Assembly: GCA_964035545.1 (NCBI GenBank) | Contig: OZ037766.1 | Span: 3,958,722 to 4,022,721, forward strand | Direction: 5' to 3' | Source: Bugula neritina | Taxonomy: Eukaryota; Animalia; Bryozoa | DNA length: 64,000 bases | Part shown: piece after piece, positions 48,301-62,500 of the stretch | Numbering within the stretch: position 1 is the first letter of the stretch | Layout of the letters: every line of letters begins with the position of its first letter | Program-made: the position numbers and the translations under genes | Notes under the pieces: model-generated | What the model saw: only the letters and a program-made list of their open reading frames with translations | What the model was told of the DNA's origin: nothing | The model's database searches: none

Positions 48301-51300
48301 TATAAATCAGTTGTAAGTATATAATTTACATTAGGAGCACTTTTCATAAAATCCTACATTTATGCTCAATTCAATTTACAGCTCCAAGAAATTATTCAAC
48401 ATCCAATAAGCATAAATATTCAGTGTTGGTAATTTTTTTAATAAATTTAGCTGAATTTTGTTAGTAAAGTTAGCTGCTTGTTATTTCAAGTATGGATGAA
48501 AATGCTGAATTAAATTCTTGCTGGGTTTGAGCTAGCAGTGTGAGCAGTAAAAAGAGGGCTGTGACATAACATAGGTTGAATATTTATTTCAAACTCTAGT
48601 TACCTCTACAATAAAAGAGTTACTTTTCTACCACCTGGTACTACTGAAATCCATTATTTAACACACCAATATTACTTCTATTTTTATTAAGATTTTATTA
48701 AAGCTTTTCTGACAGCATGTGATTTAGTACAAATCAGCTTATATTTTATATTAAAAAAAGATTCAATTTTAAAAATAATTATAATTTTTTTTTCAGAAAT
48801 AATAATACACCAAACTAGTGCCTGTTGCTAGGCTAAAAAAATAAAAATTTAGTTTCTTTAAACTCAAACTTTCTCAGGCATTTTGTTATGGCTCAGGACT
48901 GAACTAATAATACCCTGCATGAGACATAAATTTTAAAAATATAAAAAATTGCTTTGCCAAGCAATGAATTAGTTATTAGAACAAATGGACACCATCAATT
49001 TAATGGCAGCGTTGAGGCATGGTTGCTGGTGTATACTCCAAAGCTTCATCTGTACAGTTGTAACGGCAAACTGATGTGCGAGTACATTAGTTTCTTATTG
49101 AGGCATTATTGCTAGACACATTATTCATAGCTCACACCTGTTTCACCTTTCGTTTAGCTGTTATAATATTCATTAAATTCATAAAAAGTAATTTATTATT
49201 TTATACATTTTATTTAAATAATTTTATTAGCCTGTTGGTAGGTGGTATGTTGAAACTGCTACTTTACAAGAATTAATTGATTCTCTCACAGTTTCGTGTT
49301 TATGATGAATTAATACAAACAGCCAATCTCCACTCGCATGTTGGTAAATTTATTCAAACAAAATTATGATTTGGTTTCCGGCACAATTTCAACAATTATA
49401 CATTCCGTTGTTTCCAAAGAATCTTCATCTAGTTGAAAGGGTCTTAACTTTTTTGAATTCTGTCTCTGAATGTTTTACTCAAATTTCTTTTAGTTCATTC
49501 AGCTGTAGGAGTAGTTAGTAATGCAATACAATACAGTGCTATGTAATGCAATACAATACAATGCTATGTAAAATACATTCCAGTACAATACAGTGCATTG
49601 CTATATAATATAGTAGGCCTACAGTACAATACAGTGCAATACCACGCAATACGGAAATGTCTTATTATTTGCATTGCCAGCTGTCAAAAGTACAAATGAA
49701 CTTGACTACTAACTCTTGCTGATGTTGAAGATATACAAGTTGTTTATGCAGACACTATTTTATCCTGCAGGTGATGAAGGTAGTCGGGGCATCCCAGGAG
49801 TGTGTGATATCATTTGGTGCTAGCTTTAGTATGCATGCCGACTCTCACATCGTGTGCATACAGAATAGCGATGGCAGCTACTCATCTCGTACTATGAATA
49901 TTCGAGACCAGCAAAGGACAGGTAACTCCTATGATATGCTATGTTGTGAGAAAATTCATCTAAAATTATCAATCAAATTAAAAAGTGATATTTTCATGTA
50001 AACCGTTTTCTTTAGTAATTTCACTCCTAGAACATAATATGCCGGTAGTTATGGCTGCTTTATTTCTTTTATTGGATTTATATCTTTCGGCTTGGGTTGT
50101 GGGAGGGGGTTTGGGGTGATGGGAGGGGGTTTGGGGTGATGGGAGGGGGTTTGGGGTGATAGGAGGGGGGTTAAACATAGTTATTCTGAAAACTGTAAGC
50201 AAGCTCTTAACATTAAGTACGTCCCAATCAGTACATATCTTCGTACCCCTCATAGCTTGGATATGGGTACTGCAGGCAACTTGTTACTGTGCTCTGAACC
50301 CCGACAGGTAAATTCTGTACAGCATGAGTTGGCAGAGAATATCTGATACTTCAGACTGTGTAGTTAACTCTGTCTCAGTATTGAAGAATGTACAGATATT
50401 TTAATGAAGCAACTTGGTTAATTAGCTCATGGTATTTCATAACACATTATTAACTGAGCCCAACACATTTATAGGTCATTAGCAAAATCAATTATAGTAA
50501 AAAAGATTAACTGGTGTTTAAGATTAGCTTTACACCAAGACATCTCATGTTTTAGGTCAGAGGCGCCTGGCGTTGTTACTCATCAATTTAACAGCATTTC
50601 AGTTTTTTATAATAATAATTTCAATTAGTTGATGAGTGCAAATGAAAAGATGAATTTTAATTTTCATTGTGTGCTATTTCTCCATGACAACTGGGGATTA
50701 CAGAATAGCAATGCTGTAAAGAGGTGATGATGATGGGGTATTAATACTGACATTAAATATTAATCAATGCAATTGTCACACAAAAAGTGTAAATTAATTA
50801 TTAAGTGTGATAAAGATGTACATCAGGCGAGGAAACATCAATTTATTAATAACCACAATGGATTATTCTGATATAAGTGGGCATACATTGTGCAAAACAC
50901 TGTTCAGATTGTCTTTCTGTAATTTATATTAAAATATATTCAGTGAAATATTGTTGCTCAATTTGATATCACCTGATCGCAGCCAGGTGGTTGGCACGTG
51001 GATTGTATCGAAATATGAATATTCTGTCATTTCTTTTTCTACCAACTTTCTCAACACCTACAGGTGTAATCAACATTTCTTTTATTATTTAATGCCTTTG
51101 TGTTCAAGAAGAATATAAAAAAGTCATATGTTGCAGATTTAGAATTTGAAAGTAAAAAATGTTATATATTCTTTATATAGTTGCATATTGTGCCACTTTT
51201 ACAAATCCTTCCCCAACCCGTGCGTCTTTGTAATCTTTATCAAATTAATGGGAGCTCAACTCTTTCATCTATTTTACATAAAATTTCAAATTTCATAGTT

Positions 51301-54300
51301 CCAAAATGGCCACTAATTTTCTGTTATGCTGCCTTCTTGTTATGCTGACTTTCCGTTACGCTGACTTCCCTTTAAACTGGCTCTCTCTTGTGTGTATGTG
51401 TGTTTCACGTGTTTGCAGTCACTGGAGCCAGTTTCGTAGTGTTTAGTGGATCCATGAAGGAATCCTATGGAATGTCGGCCAAATGCAGTATAGTCGAGGA
51501 CGGGATTATGGTACAGATCACAAAAGAGGCTCTAGATGATTTCAAGGTCAAATTAAAGAACATGCAGGTCAGACACTTTCCTATTCTATAAAATATACAA
51601 GATACATGATGAGCAGAATTCTGCTGTCGACAATTTCTTTACAGACCTGGTTTCGTGAGAGATTTTTTGACGGCTTGAGTTAATTTTATTCAGAGGTGTG
51701 AATTTGCATAAGTAGTGCCCCAATCCTTTCTCCCACTGGTTTAAGCGTAAATCCCCAACAATCGCCTTTGCGTAGGGTTGCGGTTTGAAAATGATTACAG
51801 ATGCCAGTTTCGTTAATCTCAGAGAGCTGAAGTCTGTAAGAAAGTATTTCACTTGACGAATTCACGGTCGGGGAGAACATTGTAACTAATTTGTGACGTC
51901 AAATCCGTGATTAGCTCTACCTAAAAGTAGTTGTACAGCCTATCAGTGTTCTTTTCTCTTCTTGATTAATTGTTAATAAAAATCCACTTACAGTTTATAT
52001 AGGAATAGTTATTATAGCCAGCAGATGACCTATACTAATGAAACTGTCTGTAACATTTGGGTCTTTATGCGGTTTTTCTGTAATCATTATTTCTGTAGTA
52101 ATTGTGGTGTTTTACTGTCTTTAAATATATTTCCCAAGTTTCATGGACTCAAAGCTGTGCTAAATAGGCTTACATACTTTACAACCTAAGTACTGAGTTG
52201 GTGTGTTAGGCGGGGGGGGGGGGGGGGGGGAGCTGAGCTCCCTTTACCTCAATTAAATGTTACACGCAGCTAAAATCAGCTCAAGTCTAAGGAATTGTAA
52301 CTGATTGCTAATAGTGGGTTCATTGCTGCATGGCGGTGTTTGGTCATGTGTAATATATCACATATCATAATATTGTAATATACCACATATAATATTATAA
52401 TATATAGCATATTATAATATTCTCTCAAGGTTCAATTTTTGTGAATGAATTTGTCTACAGCAATTCTTTTAATCCTTTTCGTGTTAACAGAAAGTTGCTG
52501 ATATTATATACTAGATTTCTATAATGTTGATGTTCCCCTTGTTTAGGAATACACCATAACTTGCTGCAAGACAGATGACAGCAAGGAACAGAATGAGAAA
52601 GTTCAGATTGTGTGGGTGGATGACTATAAGGAGTATAATCTGGGGTAATATGTCTATTCACTACTATAGTAATATATCTACTCACTACTATAGTAATATG
52701 TCTACTCACTGCTGTAGTAATATGACTGCCTCTATTTTTTATCATTATATTACTTTCTTCAACAGCTGCATGTGAGATGTATCATGTGATAGGATTTTTA
52801 ATCAAGATGTTAGAAATAGTGCTAAGCTATTACTGTGATATGATTAAATTATATATGATATTGCTGTAATATAATTATAATACAATACTGTAATATAATT
52901 ATGATATATTAGATAGATGGAAAGCATTCTATTATTATTTTATTTATATAAAAACAAAGCAAACTGATATTCAAATTGTGCTTGATTTTTATATAAATAG
53001 AATAATAATACAATGTTTATTTATTTCTAATGAAACTGCTAGCTTGTAAGAATATATTCAACTTATAACAAATATATTATAATATTGCTGTAATATACTA
53101 TAATATTACTGTAATATACTATAATATTACTGTAATATACTGTAATATTACTGTGATTTACTATAATATTACTGTAATATACTATAATATTACTGTAATA
53201 TACTATAATATTACTGTAATATACTGTAATATTACTTTAATATACTATAATATTACTGTGATATACCCTATGGGACTTATTTTTGCTATTTCACACTTAA
53301 AGAGTGCAGGTGCCTTGCTTTATTTGTATGGTGTATATAATCACACTATGTAGAATATATGAGTGCACATTTATATTTTGCTTACACAGCAGTATGGGAG
53401 AGCGACTTCTCCTGTTAGCTCACTCCACCACTTTACCACGATATCATCTTATGCTATTTGAGACTCGCCAACCTGCTTTGTTTATCTGGCCCTTCAACTT
53501 GAACCTTTCAATGCGGGATTGAGATGGAACATTAATGTGCATTAAATATCAATATGTCATTGAAGTTAACACTTTGAGCATAATATATCACAGGTTTTAA
53601 CTTAATTACATGGTATCGCTAAGCCCCGAGTAAATTATTTAAATTGATTTTTCATTGTGCATATATATTATATAATTTAATATACTGTGTTATTGATATT
53701 TAGTACATGAGAATGGCTTCAGAGTCGTTTAACTCATTGATCAGTTATAATAATTGATTTTAAAATTCCTATGAAGTCTCAACTAGTTCAGTCACTGAAA
53801 ACATCACTTTCTGATGTAGACATTCTTTAAATATTCACAATAAATTGGGTGACAATGAAAACTGTGTCCTGATTTTATTTAAACATGTTGGAAAATAATT
53901 CATTTTGCAAATCATCACCTATTTTAGTCATTATTTTTACATGGCAGTCGCAGAAGTCACATGTGTGTCATATTGCTGTCACTAGTGTACAGTAAATTAA
54001 TGAAATTACTCTCTATGTGTTTGCAGTGTTGTCAGTCCAATAGATGATTTCCCCATGGATGGCGTGATGTCACTTCGAGTGAAATCCTTCAACGACGTGA
54101 TGCACGACAACTTTACTATTCGGTGGACTGAGGTATTGTCGCTAGTCAAAATACAAATTGAATTTTGTTCAACAATTATAGATAATATTTATATTCAATA
54201 AGAGGATATTTTATTGCGCTCTTCCATGCTGTTTCCTGTATTGGAAGAATCTAGTGACTAGGTTACAGTTACATAGCAAAGCATGACTATTTCAACATCA

Positions 54301-57300
54301 GCCAACAGCAGTATTTAAGTTCCCACGATAAATACCAGCTAATTTGACTCGTCAGCATTGAGCCTCGGCATTTTAGTTGGCAGCTATTTTCAAACCGGCG
54401 AGTTTCCAAGCTTTCACGTCGAAAACTGCTCTTAAACGTCATGTAATACACACAGTACGAAGGGGATACTGGTCCTGCAAAGCTGCGGGTTGTGAAAGTG
54501 GAATTGTTAATGGGGACCGGGTTAATCTTGCATGTGGTGCACCTTGCACTCATTCCAATTATTGGAGTCACTGTACACCTTCCAGTGCTCATGTTTGTGA
54601 CCGAATTGTTAGGCAACATCTTGTTATGAATATTGAAATTAATTTGCATTTTTAAAGTTGCTAGCGGGGAGGCGCAGGTGTGAAATGTTTTCTTTGTTTT
54701 AAAAGCCAAACAGATGACTTCTACAACCTGTTTGCATCGTTTAATTTTAGAACAATAAATTGGGTGTTGAAATGTATAATGTATATTTATTTAGAACTAT
54801 CGTAGTCATTAACCGCCACCTGTGCGATCAGATTTTGGTGAATGAAGCCAAATTATCAACATCGAGTTCCAAAAAATTTGCTAAATTGATTGATTCACAA
54901 TCAGCCGGATGGATGTATATTTATGGTGCAGTCAATGCGTACACTAGCTGTACTTAGAACGCTATTGCCGTCGTTGCTCGAGCAACATTACTTGGGGGCT
55001 TTAGCGATTTTAATAAGTATGCATTATGATACCGTGATTCAAGTTGTGCCGTCACTTCACCAAATAGCTTTGGTCACTTTATTTAGGCCTAGGGTAGAAT
55101 GTGGCTTTTGCAAGGTCAAACGTCATATTTAAATTTCTAGTTGGAAACATGAAAAAGTTGCAATTCTACAATAATGATGAACGGTTATAACGTTTTTGTA
55201 GTTGTCTATTGAAAAATAAACTAGTTCATACTTTATTATATATTAATAGACTTCATTATATAATGATATAATGTATTATATAATAGTATACTGTATTATA
55301 TACTTATATAATTTATTATATAATGATATAGTTTATTGTATCATGATATAGTTTATTACAAGCTGTTACTATAATTGTATACTAAATGCAGACATTTTCT
55401 AATGTATACATTCTCTAATATAATAGATGATGATAACAATGAAAGTTTAGTTTTTGATACTTTATGGGAACTATGTTGGTATAATGCAGTTTTCCCCTAC
55501 TCTGCTAGATAACCTGCAACCAGTATTAAACAGGTGTTTTATTGTAATATGTTCTATACTGTGCTAGAGTAATATTGTAATATATACTATGTTAGTGTAT
55601 TACTTTAGTGTATATTATGTCATGTATTATTGTAATATACACTAATTTAGAGTAATATTGTAATATACACTATGGTAGTGTATTACTTTAATGTATATTA
55701 TGTCATGTATTATTGTAATATACACATTTTTCAATTAATGGCATATTAATATGACTTACAGGTATTCTTTGTACAAGTAGACGAGTCTAGACTGAGTGCA
55801 GATACGGTGGAGATAACTCACTTTAGTGAGACGGTGTCTAACTCAACGTGTTTAGCCCTAGCTCCATTCCTCAGTCAACTTCATGAGCAGGGGATGAAGA
55901 AAGTGGCCCTTCGTGTCACTTTGGGCCCAGAGCAGGTTACTTGTGTTACATATATCATATATTATAGACATAATATATTATATAATATATTATAATATTA
56001 TAGATATATTATATATATAATATATAATTCTGTTATTCATGTTGCATTATATGATATCCTTATATTTGCCATTAATTATATATACCATAGTTGTCATATA
56101 TCATAGTAATCATGCACATGTTTATAGTGCTATATCTATGCTCTGTAATACCTTAATTTTACTATTTTTTGTGTTAAATACTAGTTGGTTTGAGCATTTA
56201 GGAAAGTTGAAATACATGTCAACGTGATATCATTTATTTGGGGCCATGATTTCATCAGTTTTTTCCGTCGAAACACCTAAAAATGAAGTGTTTTGCTACG
56301 CCAGTGTTGCTAGTGGCAACTAATTTATATAAAGGGCTTAATAATGCCAAATCACAACAATAATTTGAAGGTTTTATGTCTCTAGATTTCTCTGATTTTA
56401 GAAAATGTATCTTAAGAATACAATACCATTTAAATTGTAACACCATTTCAGTAGTACAGCCATATATAATTTTGTTTAGAATGTAATGTTTTTGGTCAAT
56501 CAGCTATTTGTTATCTAATATATAAAACTGCTATGCCCGCCCACGGCGCCCTAATAGGTCCCGCCCACTGTGTCTGCTTGCACTCTAATAGATATGGACT
56601 ATAGCTCAAATCTCATCCAATCAGGGAAGGACTCTGTGTTTAGTGAAGCTTGGAACAAACACCACTCCTGCCAAACTGAAAAAAATACATCAGCTTTGTT
56701 GATAATATTCTATTAACTTATAAATTGTTTCTTAGTGTTACTAAAGTTATAAAAACTGACATATAATCCTTAAAGTCTGTCGAGACAACACTGACGCCAT
56801 TTGCATTGCGCATATAAAACAGTGAGTTACCGCAATCTCCCCACTTTTCCCTTCATTATTCACAGTTTAGCTCCAACTTCTGTCTCAGTGCCTAAATATG
56901 GGTGGATTTTCTAAATGAGATGCTAATCTGACACCTTTGCAAACCTCTGCCTGCCAGAATATCTTGTTATCAGAATATCATCTCTATCTGCCTGTATCAG
57001 CTCTATCTGCCTGTATCAGCTCTATCTGTCTGTGTCACCTCTATCTGCCTGTGTCACCTCTATCTGTCTGTGTCACCTCTATCTGCCTGTATCATCTCTA
57101 TCTGCCTGCATCACCTCTATCTGCCTGTATTAGCTCCATCCGTTTCATCATTACAACACAAAACATGACCAGCTCAAATATTCTACCTTATTTTATTGTT
57201 TGATGACAATAGTTTGTGGGTTGGTGTGTTTTTTACCAAATCTATGTTTTAGATATACTATTTAGCTGAGGTTTGTAATTTGAGTGATAGTTTAGTTATT

Positions 57301-57570
57301 GCACTTTAGTGATTTTAGGGGCTATATACTTCAGTCAACTAGGTCAGCTGGCTCATTGTGTGCTTTGAAAGACATGAATGCACTGCACTAGCTGAATCAG
57401 CCGAGTCTTATTTGCAGGTGGAGTACATATGTGGCTCTCAAGGAAAGACCTTGTCTCCTCACTTTATGCATAACCTCGACGGAGAGTTGATTCCAGTGTT
57501 ACACAGCGCCGCATCCATCATCAACAGCTCACTTCTCGTTCTTGAACTTATATTCCATGTTCTTGAATAA
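38148..57570 (+). CDS. ZFYVE9: SARA/endofin-type FYVE-domain protein (ZFYVE9/ZFYVE16 co-ortholog)
   Basis: About 19 phase-consistent exons: 38148-38325, 38460-40379, 41131-41535, 41649-41762, 42876-43003, 43665-43764, 44109-44258, 44907-45035, 45391-45552, 45817-45888, 46435-46599, 47083-47331, 47869-48056, 49771-49921, 51419-51567, 52547-52643, 54027-54132, 55762-55935, 57418-57570. [22 protein letters not shown]1 motif RSVIFSDG, C-terminal SARA domain ([53 protein letters not shown]). Confidence 0.92.
40758..41050. repeat. Imperfect intronic TACTA/TAGTA-rich repeat with palindromic subunits
   Basis: Recurrent TACTACTAGTAGTA and GTAGTAATAACTAC blocks. Confidence 0.75.
41241..41470 (+). repeat. 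Coding 54-bp minisatellite (18-aa unit [18 protein letters not shown], about 4.3 copies)
   Basis: In frame within SARA exon 41131-41535. Confidence 0.85.
42274..42434. repeat. (GTA)n microsatellite
   Basis: Directly visible; source of the poly-V/S/T ORFs. Confidence 0.97.
44252..44478 (+). repeat. 25-bp tandem repeat (ACTAACAGTGAGTAGATGTACTGTG), 9 copies, starting at a splice donor
   Basis: Visible periodicity; the first unit straddles the exon end at 44258. Confidence 0.92.
45648..45782. repeat. 11-bp tandem repeat (CAGTAACTACA)
   Basis: Visible periodicity in an intron. Confidence 0.9.
50098..50172 (+). repeat. G-rich 20-bp tandem repeat (GGGAGGGGGTTTGGGGTGAT), G-quadruplex-capable
   Basis: About 3.5 copies, many G3+ runs. 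Confidence 0.85.
52921..53019. repeat. Imperfect inverted repeat / hairpin with arms of about 41 bp (MITE-like remnant)
   Basis: AAAGCATTCTATTATTATTTTATTTATATAAAAACAAAGCA ... TGCTTGATTTTTATATAAATAGAATAATAATACAATGTTTA. Confidence 0.75.
53075..53265. repeat. 21-bp tandem repeat (TATAATATTACTGTAATATAC)
   Basis: Visible periodicity. Confidence 0.9.
54192..55215. mobile_element. Possible degenerate non-autonomous DNA transposon (about 1 kb) in a SARA intron
   Basis: CpG-richer block with imperfect inverted ends (ATTGCGCTCTTCCATGCTGTTTCC vs GGAAACATGAAAAAGTTGCAAT); no transposase seen. Confidence 0.3.
56975..57135. repeat. 19-bp tandem repeat (TCACCTCTATCTGCCTGTA-like)
   Basis: Visible periodicity. 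Confidence 0.9.
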
Positions 57571-58599
57571 TTACAAACTCATTTTTACTGGAGCAGTTTT
57601 ATTTGTGCATATTTATGATGTTGTCTTTTCCTATTCTATTATTCAAAGTGATGAATAACTTATATTTTAGAATACAGCATAGATATATATTTTGTTAAAG
57701 TATTGTTTCTCTCAGAAGAACCGAGTGTCTCTGCTTCTACTCTCTTTTTGCCTAACTCGATCAGCTTGCTAACAAATTCAGTTCACATCTGGTAAATGTT
57801 TTCGATATGGAATTTCAACTATTTTTTCTTCAACCTTATTTCCTGCTTTTTTACGTTAATTCGAAACTTATCATAATCATGCACTATTGCTGCAACTGTA
57901 AACCTTATTTATCTTTTATTATTTATAGAATATATTTTTATTTGAGGTGTATTATAGCCTGCCCATGCTTTTTTATTGAGTCTAGTCTTCAGAGATTTTT
58001 AGGCCAGACTCTTCCAATTATTGTCTGATAAAACCCCTGTGTTGGTTTTATTGAAATCATTTTACTGAAGCTGGCATGCAACTGAAGGTACCTTACTATC
58101 TGATTATAATATATTTGTCATTTTATTGGTTTCGTTGTGACTTATTCTCAAATTGAAATATACAACTTTCTAAATAGTTATCTCATCCATTTTTGACTTA
58201 CAAATACAAGCAAGTTAAAATGTGTTTTGTAGTTTGAACTTCAAGAAACACCCAGCATTTCAGACTCATTTGTTAATATTCATTATATTTTACAATATTT
58301 ATAGTAAAAATATATACATTTAAAAGCAATGTTTTGAGAAAAATGAAATAAACATTGATGTTGGAGGTTTTGATGAGATTGCACGATATAAAACAGACAT
58401 TGGCAAGTAATACTTAAATAATAAAATTGAAAATGAAATACATACAAGGCTAAACACTGCCTCCATGTTCTATAGACTAAAAGACAATGAGAAGCTGTAA
58501 TAGCAGTGTTGTGAAATACACTATATTCATTAATACTGGGAAAAGTTAATAAATAAACACTAATAAAGAAAATAAAACTATCGACAATATAGAATTTTG

Positions 58600-59545
58600 T
58601 TACTTAACATCACAAACATCTATCACATCTTTGCTGTCGTTATTGTCTTGTCGTTCATCATCATTCTTGACCTTCACTTTAACAAGGTCAGCGGCATGAA
58701 CCAGCTCTTGGTGCTGGCCAACTGTGAAGCCCATTGGTTGTGTTGCAGAAGATCTGAATGCTGGCCAGATGACGCTGTTTTTCTGTATACATTCCATTAT
58801 ATTGTCACTTCTGCTAGAGGTTGGGGGTACCGCGGGTCGTCTGTGTAACAGACTATCAATGTTGAAAGAGGAATTAGAAGGCTTTCGCTGTTGGTCTGTC
58901 GGAGTTTTTTGTCCTACATCTTTTTGGACTTTCGTTGCTGTTGCAATTGTAGGAGACAATTTAGCTAGTTTGCAACGAGGAATATCTAAACTTACTTTTC
59001 TGTGAAGCTTCTCTTCTTGGCGTAGTCTTTTTTTCTCAGCTCTACAATTGATTAAATGCCTTGTCATACATTAACCTGTCATACACTTCCTGTGCTGTGC
59101 TACCTTTGTGTGATTTTTCATGTGACAAATAAGCAATGCAATAAATATTATCAACTTGATGATTTGATAGAAAAGTACAAGGTGTGAATTCAAAATCCTG
59201 AATAATTATTTAGGCCGATTTGCTGGCAACGATCCTAATATTATGTAACAAATGAATTAATTTGTTGGAAAAATTCAATTGTCAGTCTGCTAACAGTAAC
59301 TTGAGCCAGAAAAATAGTCATGACTGCCTGTTTGTAATATATTATAATCTAATAACAAATTAAAAATGTGTGAAAAATAAATTATTATAATTAGCCTACC
59401 TTTCTCGTTCTTTAGCCTTCGTTTCTTCAGGATCTATAGGATCTCCACTACACGTAAGAGGCTGAGCATTGTGAGCCGGTCGACCAGGGCCTTTTCGTGT
59501 GTTTTCTTTTTTTCTCCATTTTGCTCTTCTATTTTGAAACCATAC
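58600..59545 (-). CDS. UNCX: Uncx / unc-4 paired-like homeobox protein, last two exons (5' part not found in the window)
   Basis: Exon 59545-59400 VWFQNRRAKWRKKENTRKGPGRPAHNAQPLTCSGDPIDPEE (diagnostic Unc-4 extension); exon 59041-58600 with eh1 motif FNIDSLL. Confidence 0.93.
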
Positions 59546-62500
59546 CTGAGGAAAGTAGCATAGGATCCTTTATACATTGATGAAATAATATCCGAATATA
59601 CATTTATTATCATATATTTTGCTGATAAAAATACATATGTAGAACCTATGATACCATACTGCCTTCTGTTTAGACAACCAATTATAGTTTAGTTTAAACT
59701 AAACAAAATATTCATTTAATTTGAATGCTGCAATGTTCAAGTGCTTTAGCATCTTGGCTTAAATCAACCACCTAGAATATATCAAGGTCGACTTACAAGC
59801 TCTTAAATTGTTTAAAGTTACTTATATTGACCCTTTAAAACCATATTTATCACCACAAAGATGTATTAAGCAGTAAAGTTTCTAAATTAAAAGCGAAACT
59901 GGTTGTACAAGATTACATTGAGTAATACTAATGTGGCTTGTATTAAATATATTTTATCTAGAAAAGTGTGCACCTTCTGATCAGTTAGTAGTTACACTTG
60001 ATCATTATTTAATTTTACTCCTAGAATATTGTTTGTCATTTATACTTATTGAAATTTGATTAAAATTATTGACAGATTTTGACCTTAACTTAAGCACATC
60101 CGCTATCTAAAAGGCTTGATAGTTTTATAACAGGTTAAATAATTGCTTTCATTACATTTAAAGCAATATCGGATGGTGTCATTCTTGAATTCTAATTGAA
60201 ACATAATACAAAGAGTTAATGAATAGAGGCTATTAGAGTTTCAAGCATAAATATACACTTGTATCAGTTTCAATCAATTAAATGTTTAGTATTTTAATTA
60301 ATGCACTCATTGAAATTTCGAAAACAAAGAGCATAATGGCACTTGAAAGTATAAAGTGAAAGTGAATATATAGCATACAGTAGGCTTCAGCACATTCTAC
60401 TCGAGCTAAATGCTTTAACCAACTCAATAATGTTATAATCTAATGTTTCTACTAACGTTTAAGTGCAAACTACATTTTGTCAAGTTCAACTATTTTTAGT
60501 TTTACTGCACTTGGCTTAGTCATTTTTATAATATTGTCAACTAGTGCACTAATGTATTGATAAATAATAATCTTTAACACTGCAAGCAATATAAGCAAAA
60601 GCTTTTAAATTTCTATACTTGAAGCACGGCAAGTGTAAAACCTGGTTGGTATTTCATCATAGCAACACACAAACTATGTTCTAACAATTCCTATAATTAT
60701 TTTAATGATAAAATACCAGTTGTTTATAGAAATTATGATTGAACCAAATGACAGCAAAATTGATGTTCGTGAAGAATAAAACATATTAGCTTTGAATAAA
60801 AGGAACAACACTAAATAATAGAGGCATAGCTGGCTGCACTTATAACAATTTGTTTTCAATTATCCTTGTTTAGTCAACATTTTACTCTAAAGTTAAGTTA
60901 AATGCTTTGAATGTCTATCAACAAAGAAAGAGCCTCAAGTAAATGCTGTATAATGGCATTGAGATTTTAAGTTAGTCAAATAAGTAATTATTGATTACAA
61001 CAAAATCATTTATTAGCTAATTAATCACCATACAAGAAGTAAACCTTTTACTGAATATTGTTGTATAAACAGAATGGGGTTTGTGCGTGCTGTAATCAAC
61101 ACAAATTAAAATCTCCAGCTTCATTTAATAAGAAATTATCAAGTAATTAAGGACTTTTAATAAGACTATTGGGTCAAGTTAATCAGATAGGGTGTGAGTT
61201 AGTGCACTCTCTTGCTGATTGACAATCAGCTGAATGTCAATCCTCAATAATGGAAAATTTCTGCTGCCAAGCTTTCTACATATTTTGAGCATGAGAAAAA
61301 AAATTTCCACTTTTCAATAATTCAGTGGTTATTCTTTATCTAGAGTTACATAACTATAAGACTGCTAGAAATACAGAAGCAGCTGTTTTGTGCAGCAAAA
61401 CATCTGTAACCCCAGGTCATGGCAAAATTACACTAACAATTAGTTGAAGCTACAGTCAACAATAGATTAGCCCAAAATAGTGTTATAAATTTAGAACATG
61501 GTTTTTAAAAACAAATCTGTGCATTCCATGATTTGGTTTTTCTTAAATAAATTGTGCAACTTTTCATAGAGTAATAATATATGAGTATAAGGCAGTAGCA
61601 TAACTATTTAATATATTATACAAACATAATGTGGTACAATATAGCATATAATATATGGTATAAATATAATATAGTATTATATAGTATGATATAAATTATG
61701 AGTATAATAAAGTATAATATGGTATCGTTTAGTATAATATAGTACTATAATACATGTTATATAACTCTATAATATAATATATGGCATGAATGTAATCACA
61801 AAATCTAACTATATATATGCTTTTCAACAGCGAACAGATGTATTTGGAAGAGCTGCACAAAGGGTGGAATTTGAGTTGGGAGATTTCTATGTTATATAAT
61901 AGGGTTGAGGTCCAAATTTGCCAAGGTTAGTTGAGTCTATCATAACTGAGCAACGGCTACTTTGCATAAAAGGGTAATCAAATTCAAAACAAAATTGGCC
62001 TTAAAAGTGTTTTCTGAAATCATCAATTATCATGTATAAATAATGCGGTTAGGCTCTTGTCAAATTAAAATAGGATTTCAATTAGCCATTTTTTGCTCGG
62101 CTTTCACATCAGACTTTTAAAAAAAATTTTGAGTTGAAATTTTCTCAGCTATGCTTAGTAATTAAGCCTTATTTAATTACATAAAATTAATATTGCATTT
62201 AGATTTACAACGCATTGTGAGCTACAAACTCAAGAAGGTGTCAATATACGTTCAGAATTCTTTCACGGACAGAATTATCTATTTGAGATTTAATGCTGAT
62301 TGTTGAAAAATTGAATTAATACCATCTGGCGCCAAGAGAGTCTTGTTCTCTCATTTTAGTCGCTAATAGATTTGACTTGTGGGCGCGTAAACCATACAGT
62401 GGTTGGATTATTCACCTTTAACACCTAGCCATTTTTCTTATCCCAACTGGTTACTGTGTTCAGATAAGAATGCAGTTATGTGGAATAGAAAATTATTTTG

